NCBI GenBank assembly: GCA_015680685.1
Contig: MNCI01001817.1
Location: forward strand, 780,828 to 844,827
DNA length: 64,000 nucleotides
Origin: Gnetum montanum
Taxonomy: Eukaryota > Plantae > Gnetophyta
Direction of reading: 5' to 3'
A program made the position numbers and the translations under genes. The notes beneath the pieces were generated by a model. The model did not search any database and was not told where the DNA came from. It worked only from the letters and a program-made list of their open reading frames with translations. This document shows positions 63,169 to 64,000 of the stretch, in pieces; the stretch's first letter is position 1; every line of letters starts with the position of its first letter.

Positions 63169-64000
63169 GTCCTGCTTGTTGTGTGTTTCTTGTAAACCTC
63201 CTTGAAGATGGTTTGAACCCCTAGGTCAATCTCCAGCTACGTCTTCTTGGCTCAGGACATAGGGCTCAGTGGATGTCGAACCTTGCTAGCATCTAGGAAG
63301 ACAAGGAATGCCCCTTCCTTTGTGACACCCCCCTTTGTAACCTCTAACATGGGCAGTAACAAACCACCCCTCACCATTGAAATCCAACTCCCAAGGGGCA
63401 GCAACTCCTTCCTCAACATTCAGCTACTACCCCCCAGTGAACAAGAGCCACCCTTAATGGGCGATCTTGACAATCCCGAAGGAGTCCTTCTAGATACCCC
63501 CTGCAAAACTAGCACTTGGGCCCCTGCCCCCAAGGAAACATCTCCCTACATAGACCCTTGAGGTAAACCCCCTTTTTGGGTCACCACCATCCATCCATCC
63601 CCCAGTTTCTTGGGGCCGAGCACCTTCTAACCCACCTTGCAATCTACAATCTAGTATCCCTCCTTGCCATAGGTCCCACAACACTGAGCCAATTTTGAAT
63701 AAGAGGGGCAAAGTTTAACAACATTTTATAAGTAGAGATGTAGGGTTGGTGGTAGCTTTCCTCCTAGTCCTTTTTGCGCTATTCCAACTATTGCTGAAAA
63801 TTGCCCTCTAGCATCTCCCTCCTTTTGTCTATGTAGGCCTTTAGCAAACATTGGCTACCCACATCGTCTCTACCTCAAAACCTAGCACTCTACAATTCTA
63901 GGTCCTCAACAGATTTCCCATTCCATGTGATTCACCTTCAAGGATAACTATCACAAATCCTGCTACTAAACATGGGGCACCATCAATGTTTGATTTAACC

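Larger units (their letters stand above)
58847..64000 (-). mobile_element. L1-clade LINE, 5' end beyond the window, with A-rich tail
   Basis: Tail (AAAAAAAG)n on the minus strand at 58847-58876. ORF2 starts MRILSWNCKG at 63168; decayed ORF1-like sequence upstream. Confidence 0.9.

Overview
Eukaryotic (land-plant, large methylated genome; gymnosperm-like by inference) scaffold with three N gaps, made almost entirely of nested, decayed retrotransposons. There are no rRNA, tRNA, CRISPR or intact host genes. Left third: a Ty3/Gypsy Tat-superclade element (gag-PR ... RT-RH-aRH-INT-PPT-LTR, + strand, ~5075-21337), preceded by a partial second copy (59-5073). Its protease and RT are separated by ~6.3 kb that holds an ANTISENSE, six-exon, ~1000-aa gene. 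Four GT-AG introns are frame-preserving; one more has a clear donor but an uncertain acceptor. The gene encodes an FCP1/NIF-like HAD-phosphatase domain lacking its catalytic aspartates, then a plant-mobile-domain-like region, an acidic linker and a coiled coil. An older relative in the opposite orientation (~23300-28400) shows the same layout: gag-PR followed by an antisense spliced gene. Middle and right: a LINE fragment, a CRM-like chromovirus remnant, a full-length Athila element with a GTAGC TSD, a solo LTR that contains a Tekay element (tandemly duplicated RT) and a second solo LTR of its own family, and an L1-type LINE. In that LINE the usual ORF2 C-terminus is replaced by a ~540-codon extra frame (transposon-protein-like domain + coiled coil + possible WGR-like domain) just before the poly(A) tail. 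All domain calls come from reading motifs by eye; no searches were run.
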